From Psammoneis japonica (lineage: Eukaryota), in assembly GCA_008632985.1 (NCBI GenBank), contig QPGO01000087.1:248001-312000 (forward strand): a stretch of DNA of 64,000 nucleotides, given 5' to 3'. The stretch's first letter is position 1; each line of letters starts with the position of its first letter. The position numbers and the translations under genes were made by a program. The notes under the pieces were generated by a model. That model did not search any database and had not been told where the DNA came from. It worked only from the letters and a program-made list of their open reading frames with translations. Shown piece by piece: positions 11,815 to 22,009 of the stretch.

Positions 11815-13700
11815 CAGATGGTTGACACACATGTGATGTTTGGATGGAGATGGCTCCACCAGTGCAGTGGATGCATTCTCCCAAACCCAAAGCTGGTGGA
11901 TGGTGGCAGACTGAAACTGTCACCAGCATTTCCTTGTTGTTGGCTCTTGTTCAGAAGAATGTGAGGTGAGCCACCACCAAGGGGCTTTGTCAATCTTCTC
12001 TTGCGTTGGTCTGGGGCACTCTCAACTCATGCATGTGGTCAATGAAGGTTGGGAGGTGTTGTCCATGTCAAGAACAGTGTGGGAGTCTGCTTTTCTTGTG
12101 TGCTGACCCTTGTGTCAAGAGAGCAGTCATCATGTGCGGCAGTCATGTTTGGATCTGGTGAGGCCGGGCCGCCCCACTTCTGTGCCCTCTCCAAAGCCAA
12201 AGTGCAAAGATGACACACATGCAATGTGAGGAGCAGAGACACCTCTGTCTGCCAGCAGAAGCACAGTGCAGGGGGGCACTCCCAAGCTCCCACAAAGCCA
12301 GGGCCACAAGCACACCACGTCCACAATGTGCGCTGGAGACACACAGCTTGTGGGGCAACTTCTTTGCTTGGGAGTCAGGAAATGGGCTGAGCCAGTGAGA
12401 AGTTGTCATGCTGAAGTGAGCCAGGCAAAATTTTGCACAACTGGTCAGCTTGCAGGTGTGCAAACAGCACAGCATCTCATGGATGATGCGACACCTGCTG
12501 CTCTGCAGCCTGTGGCATCACAGCAACTGTGAAAACCTGCAATCTCACAGGAGGGCGGGCACACCCAGCAACAACCTGTGTGCTTCACATGTGATCATCC
12601 AGCACACTGTGCATGTGTTGGGGCAGCAAGAAGGGGTGCTGCAGTTTAAAGCCTCTTGCAGCTTAGAAAAAAAGCTCCTTTTGGTGCAAGGCAACAGTGA
12701 GTGAGCAAACCTCTCCTGGGAGTGCTTGTGAAAATTTTTGGCAACAAACGCCACAGGGCACTGCAAAACATGATGGCACACAAACTGTCCAACTTGTGCT
12801 GATTGATGCACATGACAGCCACTGGCATGTTGTGTTCTGATGACACACCAAAGAAATGCATGTGGCCAGCACTTGAAACTTGAAAGAATTTGGAGTGTGT
12901 GGCTGCAAAATCCACTGTGACCTGAACACATGACATGACTTGAGAGAGCGCCCTTTGAGAGGTGATGCACAACAATCATCACATGGCTGCTCAGACAACC
13001 AGGACAGGCACAGCCATTGGACAGGTGCTCCACCTTGCCAGGTGGCTGTTGGCTGTGCAGGTGGTGGTGTCAAGCACAGCTTGTCCAGGCTGGCCTTGAT
13101 CAGCCTCTTGCAGCTTGGAGAAAAAGCTTTTGGTGCAAGGCAAGGCAACAGTGAGTGATCACAAGAATTCTCCTGGGACATCAGAGGCCCCACAACACAG
13201 TGGTCATTGCTGTTTTTGATGTTCATTTTGCCTTTGAATTTTGTTTGTCTCACTCATTTAAATGTGATGATTAAACTTGAACGGTGTTTGCACAATGCAA
13301 GGTGTTTGCATGTTTCATGAGGAATTTTGTCATCTGTTTGCATTGACAACATGTCCCAAAGCAACTTGCATTTCCAAATGTTTTGTGATTGAATGTTTGA
13401 GTTGCAACAATTGATCCTCTTTGCTTTTGATGCTTTAGATTTCAACTTGGTTTTTACTTTTTACACCCCATTTGTTTGTGTGTCACCATGTGTGCTGGCA
13501 TCGTGTCTGCACCCAAGTCATCTCCACGTGTGCACTCCCTCTTTGCATCTCACTTTTTCCTGGAATTCTGTGCATGTTTCTCCGCCATGTGTTTAGTGCT
13601 TTTTCTACATGAGCCATTTTCTGTGCATTTCACAACAGTGCACCCTCTTCCCAAAATCAATTTTACCAGGCAGAGTGTGTGCTGTTGTGATTCATGCAAT
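11815..13700. mobile_element. Heavily hypermutated repeat-derived sequence, family not identifiable
   Basis: Near-absence of TpA and CpG. Contains a ~380-nt segment (12418-12790) repeated at 18102-18440 and partly at 13100-13180. Confidence 0.6.
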
Positions 13701-14949
13701 TTTTGCATGAGGAGCCACCAACGGATTTCTTCTGGCCATGGCAGTCAATGACTTCACCCCTGTCAGTGGACGAGGTTGACCCTGATCCCTCATTCATCTT
13801 TGCTGATGATGTCAATTTTGATGACACAGAATGTTTCACTGATGGTTTTGGAACGGAGCTTTTTGGGCCCAAGCTCAAGAGCACAACTGCCATGCATGCA
13901 TCCAAAAAGCAGTTTGTGGAGAGAACAAGCTGGTCACCCTCTCCAGCACTCCTTGCACTTCCCTTCCTTTGCCACAAGCCCAAGCTTTGTCACATTCCCT
14001 GCATTGCTGAAGTCATCCGCACAAACAACATTGTCAGGAAAACTTTTGGATGTCCCAATGTTTGGTCCCACATCATGACTCATGGTTGGTCAACAAAGAA
14101 ATCCTGCTGGAACAAAGGTGAGCATGTTCTTTGGCATCAAAATTTGGAGGATGCTCTTTGTTTCTACACCCCACCAGGAGAGACAGAAAAAGAAGAGGAG
14201 CACCATCGTGACCTTCACCGCAACACAAAGGTGATGGTGGAGTTTGTGTGCCAGATCATTGCCAGTGAGGACCTCAATGATCCTGTCTCAGGCAAGCCTT
14301 GTTTCCATTTTTCTACAGTGCAAAAGTCTCCAAGATCTGATTGACAACTGAGCACATGACCTTCACGGTGCACACTTTGTCATCAAAATGGTCATGCATT
14401 GTGTCCACTGCAAACCCCTGGACAGGAGCCATTGGTTCATGCAGATCTTTTGTGAAGTCGCCACCCAAAAGGAGTGGCACATTTTTGTCTGCAGCTTTCT
14501 TGTCATGTGCCAGTTGAGTGAAGTTGGTTCTGAGGAGGAAAAAGTCAAGGGCTTTCTTGGAGACAAACTCTGTTGCACCAAGGACATGGCAACAATGGAG
14601 GGCAATGCCGTTGTCGCCCGAGAGGCACACAACAAAGCAAAAATCAATGCCATGCGACAGCATGCATTTGGGAAGCGTTGTCCAAAGGAGCAACCCAGCA
14701 CATGATCCAGGTGCTCCAAACAGCTCACAATGCTGCATTGCCAAATGCAAGATCAGAGGGCTGGCCACTTGGATGATGACAAAAAAGGGGAGCACAATTC
14801 AAAACCAAACACAAAATTGGAAGGATTTGCAAAGATGGCACCTGCTTGCACGAAGCTGGCAAATGCTTCCTTGTGCCTGCAAAGCTGTTGTTCATTGTTT
14901 TTTTTTTAAGGATGTCTTCTCTGTTCCATTTCTTTCTCTCCAAAAGAGC

Positions 14950-17900
14950 CTCACAAGAAGACCAAGTCTGTTTCACGTGGCAGTTGTGGATTCCTTGTTT
15001 GGAATTTTTGCAACTTCAAACTGTCTGGTTGCCAGGTCAAAATCATCATCAAACATTTTGGGACCACCAGGGAATCTTTTTCCCTTCTGCATGACTTGCA
15101 TGGTCCAATGAGATCCACACACAGGGTCTTTCCCATGGCACTGACTTTGCACACTTGGGAGACAAATGTTGGCATTTGCTTCTTTTGTTTCTTCTTGAAC
15201 TTCTGGAGTGCAAAACATTTTTCAACACATGTTTTCACATGTCTGCACACATGGCAGACCACCACAAGTGTTGTGAGATTGTCTCTTCTGTTCCATTTGT
15301 GCCAGGATCTACCAGAAGGTGCTGCATGTGATGCCAATCTCTGTTGCTGACTTTTGTGACAACTTTGGTGCAACAATTTTGTTCTCCTGACATGTGAGCA
15401 TTTGATCTTGCTTGCCTCCACAAGAAGTCTTCACATGACATGTTACATCCAACAATTTGGAGAGAATGTCTTTGCCACATTTCTGTTTTGTGTGTGTCAA
15501 TGGAAAGACATTGTTGCAGGATTCAGGTGCAACCTTCTCAGCCAATTGTTCAGTGCCAAGGTTTTCTTTCACAGTGAGTCAGCTGATTGCATCTGCAACA
15601 ACACTCACCTTGCCCCTGCAGCAAACAAATTGTGTTGGGGCTGCATTCTTCAAGACTCTGTCTGCAGCAAAATTTTTATGATCCACAACTGTTTTTGTCT
15701 GTTGGCCAAACAACACATTTTGGAACTCCTTGGGGGTTTCCACCACAGACAGCAGTTCTTTTGCCATTGTGCTGGTGTGGCACATCTGTGCTTCATTTGG
15801 CTTTTGGCTGTGGAAGGCCCCAGGTTGGTTGTTCTGTGATGTGGCCACACCAATTGAGAATTGCTTGCACCAGCATGCATCTCAAAGGGTTTGCCAAACT
15901 TTGGACACAATGATGATGTGTCTTTTGACACAGCTTTCTTCACTTTTTTGAAGGCTTTTTGTTCCATGCTCATCCGTTGCCACATGACCTTCTTAGATGA
16001 GGTGATTTTGACTGGAGGAGCAAGTGTGTGAGAATGTTGAGGCCACATGTCTTGATGGCAGTCAATCACGCTAAAACACCCCCACTTTCTCAGGAATTGG
16101 TTGTGTGCCTTTTCATGAAATGTAGAAACCCAGACAGCCTGCTTTGGACTTTGCAAAAAAGGACATTTTTGCACTGACCTTCAAACCGGCTTGTTCAAGC
16201 CACGAGCCACATGAACACCATTTCAAGTTTTTGGAGGTGTCCTTTGAAGTCACCTTTTGTTGGAGTGTGTCATCATCACATGTTTTGACAAACTCTAAAC
16301 CCACCATGAGCTCTCACTTGTGTGCTCTTGGAAAATGTTTGGAGCTTGACAAATTCCCGTTGGTGGGAGTCTGCAGCACTCACATTTCCCCCACGGCATC
16401 ATGATTGTGCACAAACAACACATGCACTTGGTGTCAACTCAATGTGGTGACATCTCATGTTCAAATCAAGTGACATTGCACACATGAAGCCCTTGAGCTT
16501 CTGAAGCATGTCTTGAATGTTGGACAGAGGGTGTGGAGCATGTGCTGCCAAGTCTCCAACTCAGCTGACAAAAGTTGGACAAGAACCAAACTCTGCCATT
16601 TTTCTCAGTTTAAACACAAAGTTTGCAGAGCAGTTTGTTTTTCTTGAGACTCCTGTCTTGCAGAGTCTTTTGACTTCCTTTGAAGCAGTCCCCTTAAGAC
16701 CTGTGGAACAGGAAATGGTTTTGCATGATGTTGGGTTGCACTGAATTTTGGTGCAAGATCTGCCAGTTTCCCTGTCCATGCATCTGAGGCACCATTGAAA
16801 AGATTTTCAAATCTTTCTGGGAGGAAGTTCAATTGCTTCTGTTCCTCTGGAGTGAGGTGTGTTGCTGCTGCAGTTGCATCATTGAGGTCAGCAGCATGAT
16901 GGTCAGAGTCAAGGATCCTGTTGACCCTGTCATTTTAAGAGGACTTTTCATGGCCTCAATGTGATCGGCAATCAGCTTGAAGACCTTGGCACAAAAAATG
17001 CATTGACATTTTTCATTGGTGTGGTTGCATCTTTTTAATTTCCTCATTTGCAAAGTCCAGTGTGACTCCAAGACTGCTCATTGAGTTGTGTCCCATGATC
17101 ATGTCATGCTTGCATGAAGAAGAACACCGTCTTCTCAATCAGTTTGTGCTCATCAAATTCAGGCAATGAGAGCTGAATTTTGCATTTGCTCCCTCCCTTG
17201 GTTTCCCAACTTTTGGTGGCAGATGCGTTGGCTCTTAATCTCCATGCAAATTGTGCAAAATTGTGGTTGACAATGTTCCACATCAAGAAGAACACACAGA
17301 GGCTCATCTTTCTCTTTCCCCAAAGGAAGCCTTCACACAAACAATGATGCTGGACCAGTGCAAATTGCTTTGGCCCTTTTTCCAGGCTTCCCAACATCCA
17401 GCAAGGCATGAGACTCCTTGACAGGTGCCAGTCATTTTTCAGATTTGCTGTGTGTCATTCTGTTGAATTGGCAGTTTTCCTCACTGAGAGCATCAGAGTC
17501 ACAATCTTTGCCTTTGTGCTTTTTGTTGTTGTTCAAGGAACTTGTGTTGAGAGATTTGTTGACTGCCTGTGTGGTCATGGCACTCAACTCTTCCTTGTGA
17601 AAAGCATTTTCAGTGTTGTGACGTGACCCTGTGTGATTGCCATTTGAATGATGCCATTTCAGGTTTGGCTCAGAATTGTCGCGGCATTCCTTTGCCAGCC
17701 TTTTAATGACCCAGCATTCATCCACATGTTGTGAGTGGCCTTTTCACAATGAATGCACCACTTGCAGATTGGCGACCATTTTTGGCACCGTGTTGGGGCC
17801 CACCTTTGGTTTGGGACCAGGTTTGCTGTCAGCATCATTCTTGACATGAGTTTGGTCTTAAACATGCCCTCAATGACCTCCAAACATTCCAAGAACTCAA

Positions 17901-19250
17901 CCAACTTGTTGAGGGCATGGACTGAGATTTCAAAACTGGCTGATGTCACCATCAACAAGGTGCAAGGTTGCAGACGATGTCCTTGAGCTCATGTTCATTC
18001 AGATGCTGCTTTTGCTTGAAGGGAGGACAGAACTTGAAGTCTTCATAAATTTCCTGAGTTCAAGCTGAAATTTCTCAAATCTTCATCATTTCTGGTTTCT
18101 TGAGCCAGGCAAAATTTTGCACAACTGGCTCAGCTTGCAGGTGCACAAATGGCACAACATTTCATGGATGACACAACCTTTGGCATGACAACAAATGTGA
18201 AAACCTGCAATCTCGCAGGGTGGGCACCCAGCAACAACCTGTGTGCTCTTCACATGTGGCAATCCAGCACACTGTGCATGTGTTGAGGAAGCAAGAAGGG
18301 GTGCTGTGGTTGAAAGCCTTTTGCAGCTTGGAGAAAAAGCTTTTGGTGCAAGGCAAGGCAACAGCAAGTGACCAGCCACAAGAACTCTCCTGGGAGTGCT
18401 TGTGAAAATGTTTGGTGCAAAAACATGATGGTGCACAAACTGCTCTGTGAAACAGTTTTCTTGAAGTCTGAAGACATGTGCAAGAACACACAAAACTCTG
18501 ACACATCTCATGCACTGCACTCAAAGAACAAGCGTGCAAACAGAAAGAATCACGAAAAGTGAAAATTGTGAGATCAAATTTTGTTCAGCCATTTGCAGTT
18601 TCTCTGAAGAAGTTCTCAATGGCCCCAGGTCTTTGCACTGTGTCTGCAGATCAAAGGCCATTTGGAGCAAATGATCATGACAACAGATTGCCTGGATGCA
18701 ATCAACATTGACATCTCACATGTCAACATTGTTGGGTGATTGCACCTGCAATTTTTGACAGCATTTCTGATTTTGAAGTGCACTGGTTGTTTTTGAAGGC
18801 TCCATTGGCTTCTTTGTCATCTGCATTCATGGCCTTGGTCTCAAAAACGTGGAGAGCATCTCCCTGCAACAATGCACTTGTGAGACAGAAATCATCAGCT
18901 TGCTTCTGGATGTTCTGTCCAACCAAGACTTGACGGTGTGTCTTGAGGAATTTGATGTGCTTGGGAACGCCTTGCTTGTTGTGGTGCTTGACATTGATTG
19001 CGTGAGTGCAGCTCTTCTTGTTTTCAGGGTGAAAGCACTGTTCCATCTTGAGGCACTGACTCGGTTTGAGCATCTTTGGCTCAGAAATTGACTCCAAAAA
19101 AAGGAAAAAAATTCTCCTGCTCGATGAAAGACATGGCAGCACAGCAACATGAGGTGAAAGCTTCAATTTTTGGTTTTTACAATCTGCGTTGTGTGTGTGC
19201 ACAATGCACCATGCTTGAAGAAATTGTGCAAACAAAAGCAGAAAGAATCA
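14950..19250 (-). mobile_element. Decayed Ty3/Gypsy LTR retrotransposon (gag-protease-RT-RNaseH-integrase), integrase truncated
   Basis: gag (QVLVGQNI...ALLQGDAL.VFE; ELKDIV), RT (AKPFPVPQ..KEVKRLCKTGV; FVKT-CDDD for YxDD), RNaseH (KPFE.H..AS..QL; AF.S.K.N.AQ....KELLSVVET.KEF), integrase (PGTN.TEETISQHLWW; LCVDLIGP; FEVAKIPNK). Domain order RT-RH-INT is Gypsy-type. Confidence 0.92.
18102..18440 (+). repeat. Second copy of the 12418-12790 segment, interrupting the Gypsy gag
   Basis: Colinear match beginning gagccaggcaaaattttgcacaactgg and ending ctctcctgggagtgcttgtgaaaat...gcacaaactg. Confidence 0.9.
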
Positions 19251-20467
19251 CAAAAAGTAAAAAGCTCTCAATGGCCTGAGGCATTTGCGCCATGTTCGCA
19301 GATCAAAAGCCATTCAGAGCATCTGACCATGACAACACAGATTGACCCAGTTGACGCTGACAACTCATGTGCCAACATTGTCGATCAACCATGTTTGCAA
19401 TTTTCAACATCCGATCAAATCTGTGTGATTAATCTGTCCTTCATGTGCGCCCACAATTGCAACATGATCAACATGTGCAACAACATGCAACTGTGATGAA
19501 TGTGAGTGTTTCTTCCTGCGCAACAACACACAATGCATTCATTGCCAAGAAAGGAGCAGCCAGCAATGTTGCCACCTCAGCTGGCTTGTCACTCCGGATG
19601 AAAATGCATGAGCAGCTGGTGTTTCTTGTGAGTGGATGAGATGCTGCAACAAGCACAAGATTGTGCTTTGAGGAAGCCCAGCAATGTCTTGGCGTTGCAG
19701 AGCAGCGCAGCTCTTTTTGGAGAGCTCTGCTCAACATGGTGCCAACAGGAGGGTGGTGCTCTGCCACAAGTGCAGTGTGCAACATGAGCAAAATTTTCCT
19801 TGTGCTCAAAAATGCACGTCAGAGGAGCATGTGCTGGAGCAAGCACAAGGTGTGTGTTGAGGAATGGTCGGTGGGTTGGAGCATGTCTGGTGGTGTGGCG
19901 GACAGCTCCACAAGGTGCACAATGACAGCGAGCCAGACCAACTCACAAGCAGAAAATGTGCTGTCAAGATCTGTGCCCTGGCTCTTGGCTCTCCCAAAAC
20001 ACACATCATTTTTGGGCCCAACAGTTGCATGGTGTGGTGGTGGGCAGCAAATGAGCATGGGGCCCTTCATTTTGGGAGTGCACCCCAGTCTCTCTCAATC
20101 ATGTTGGGAGCCAGCAGTGATGGCAACGAAAGGTTTGGCACTGCGTTCTTGCTCCGTCGGTTTACGACAACCCTTTGGTTGGTAGAGTTTGTGCTTGCAG
20201 TTGCAAATCAGACACTTTGCACATTGTGTGCACACAGTGTGACATCGGCAGAAGATGACCCATGGATTGTCATCATGAGCGAGCTGCTCTCTACTGGCAT
20301 TGCGAAGAACGCACCGGCACGCACATTACATTCGGTGCCGGTGCGGTCCCGCATGCATTGGACAGCACTGTAGAGTTCGTCCGATTGGGCTTAAATCTCA
20401 TTAAACATGGGCTTAAATCCTCGCATGTCTTGTGTCTCCTCAAAGCATTCGCGCGGTACGATGATCG

Positions 20468-22009
20468 ATGATCGCCTCACATAATCCACGAAATCAACAG
20501 CAGCAAGCAATGAGAACGATGCGAACCTCTCTCGCTGTTTTGTTGGTCTTGCTCCTCCTTACAGGCGTGTGTTGGGGAGAAGCTACAAAAAGGGATCTAC
20601 ACTGTCGATACACTGTCGACATCGAGGAAGAAGTTGACGAAGGAGGTCCCCATGACAACGACGGTGGACCGTCGAATGACACTGTTGTGTGCATTGAAAG
20701 TTCCATGGCATCTCATGTGGACAAGATGGCCGAAGTGTTTGTGCTTGAGGTGGATGGATGCCACCAAATTGGGAGAGAGTGGTCGACAGATGGGATCTTC
20801 TTCAGTCAAAACAACAAGAAGATCTCACCAACGGTCCAGAATCACATCATGGCAAAACCAAAAATGTTTCTTGACGGCGAGCTCACTTTCGAAAAGAAAA
20901 TTAGACTAGAAGAAAATGCTGCTGGACACGGGCGATGCTTGGTGCACAATGTAGATGCGACCAAAAAGATTAGAAAAAAACGGAAGAAGAGAAGGACGAG
21001 AAGGCGCAAGTTCTCTCTGAACAACAAGGGGCATTGCAGAAATTGTCTTGCAGATGATGCGGATGCCAGACGGAGAACACTGAAATCTGGATCTTTCATC
21101 CGTAACATGATTCACAGTGTCACGTTTGAAACCTGGATGAACATTCGCATCCAAGAGGTGATGCAAGAAGATTGCTCACTGGTGACAATTTTCAGCACAA
21201 CCTTCTCAAGAGTGGAGAATGGACAAGTGACCCATGCAAGTGGTCCGTGCACTCCTGTAGAGCAAGAGGCAGATCTAGAAATCACTGCTTGCGGGACCAT
21301 GTCACCATCACATGCGCCGACAATCGGCCAGCCAGAAACAGAAGAACCATCAACAACACAACCAACATTCCCACCGACAAAAGGACCGACGGAGTCGCCA
21401 ACAACATTGCCCGCAACTGCACCGACGACATCACCTGCCATTGTCTCGGTCACGTCACCAAAAGCTGCTCGTTGTTCCTCTGAGATTTCAGTGAATGGGG
21501 GTTTTGAAGACGGAAACCTGAATGGTTGGACACAGTTTCCATCTCCGGGCAGCACCCAGACTGTTGGCAGTGGTGTCCCTTTTAACCCCACCGAGGGTAA
21601 TTTTGCAGCAAAAGTGGCAAACCCTGCGCGGGCCAGCGGGAGTGTCATCAAGAATGCCAATCTTGGCATGGGTCTCGTGAAAGCAAACGATCCCATTGCC
21701 GTTTCGTTTGACGCCCGCGCGGACGTGCTGGGCCCTGGCGCCTTGGTCTTTGCCGAGTTTTTCTCCGAGCTTTCGGGTGGCGGGACATCGAGAGAAGAAA
21801 TTCTCGGAGGAGGACCAATTCTTTCCGTGTCTAATCCTGGCAAATGGAAATCATTCTCTTTTAGCACGACTGCAGGAACAGACGTTTCAGGTGGTGTCAC
21901 ACTCCAATTTGTCGTTGTAACCGGAGGAAACCAGAGAAGTAAAGCCACGGCATGCTTTGACAATGTCAGTGTCCGAGTCGGTCACTCTTGTAGCAAATGG
22001 CAAGGTTGA
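20468..22009 (+). CDS. Secreted protein with Pro/Thr-rich linker and C-terminal carbohydrate-binding (CBM4/9-like) domain; open but TpA-hypermutated
   Basis: Signal peptide, CRNC..DD.D.RR motif, PTxxPT linker, VNGGFEDG...GW...FDNVSV domain. Only 1 Tyr in 513 aa. Confidence 0.75.
   Translation: MIASHNPRNQQQQAMRTMRTSLAVLLVLLLLTGVCWGEATKRDLHCRYTVDIEEEVDEGGPHDNDGGPSNDTVVCIESSMASHVDKMAEVFVLEVDGCHQIGREWSTDGIFFSQNNKKISPTVQNHIMAKPKMFLDGELTFEKKIRLEENAAGHGRCLVHNVDATKKIRKKRKKRRTRRRKFSLNNKGHCRNCLADDADARRRTLKSGSFIRNMIHSVTFETWMNIRIQEVMQEDCSLVTIFSTTFSRVENGQVTHASGPCTPVEQEADLEITACGTMSPSHAPTIGQPETEEPSTTQPTFPPTKGPTESPTTLPATAPTTSPAIVSVTSPKAARCSSEISVNGGFEDGNLNGWTQFPSPGSTQTVGSGVPFNPTEGNFAAKVANPARASGSVIKNANLGMGLVKANDPIAVSFDARADVLGPGALVFAEFFSELSGGGTSREEILGGGPILSVSNPGKWKSFSFSTTAGTDVSGGVTLQFVVVTGGNQRSKATACFDNVSVRVGHSCSKWQG

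Noticed and set aside
14950..19250. ADAR-type RNA editing or RT-stage hypermutation of the retroelement
   Set aside because: Both A->G and T->C occur on the same strand, and non-retroelement neighbours are affected in a positional gradient, which points to chromosomal DNA.
11815..20260. Classical fungal RIP as the explanation
   Set aside because: RIP is C->T and enriches TpA; here TpA is eliminated.
11650..20470. Dense stack of overlapping Cys/His/Met-rich ORFs in all six frames (also 55-61 kb) resembling novel metal-binding proteins
   Set aside because: By-product of the mutation pattern: loss of TA removes TAA/TAG stops, and TG/CA excess generates Cys, His, Met, Gln and Trp codons.
21112..21963. 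283-aa antisense ORF (likewise 5782-6660 and 62881-63753)
   Set aside because: Shadow frames opposite better-supported genes, lengthened by stop-codon erasure.
20468..22009. Alternative genetic code or amino-acid-level tyrosine avoidance
   Set aside because: TpA is missing in all codon positions and in non-coding DNA, while nearby genes use Tyr normally.
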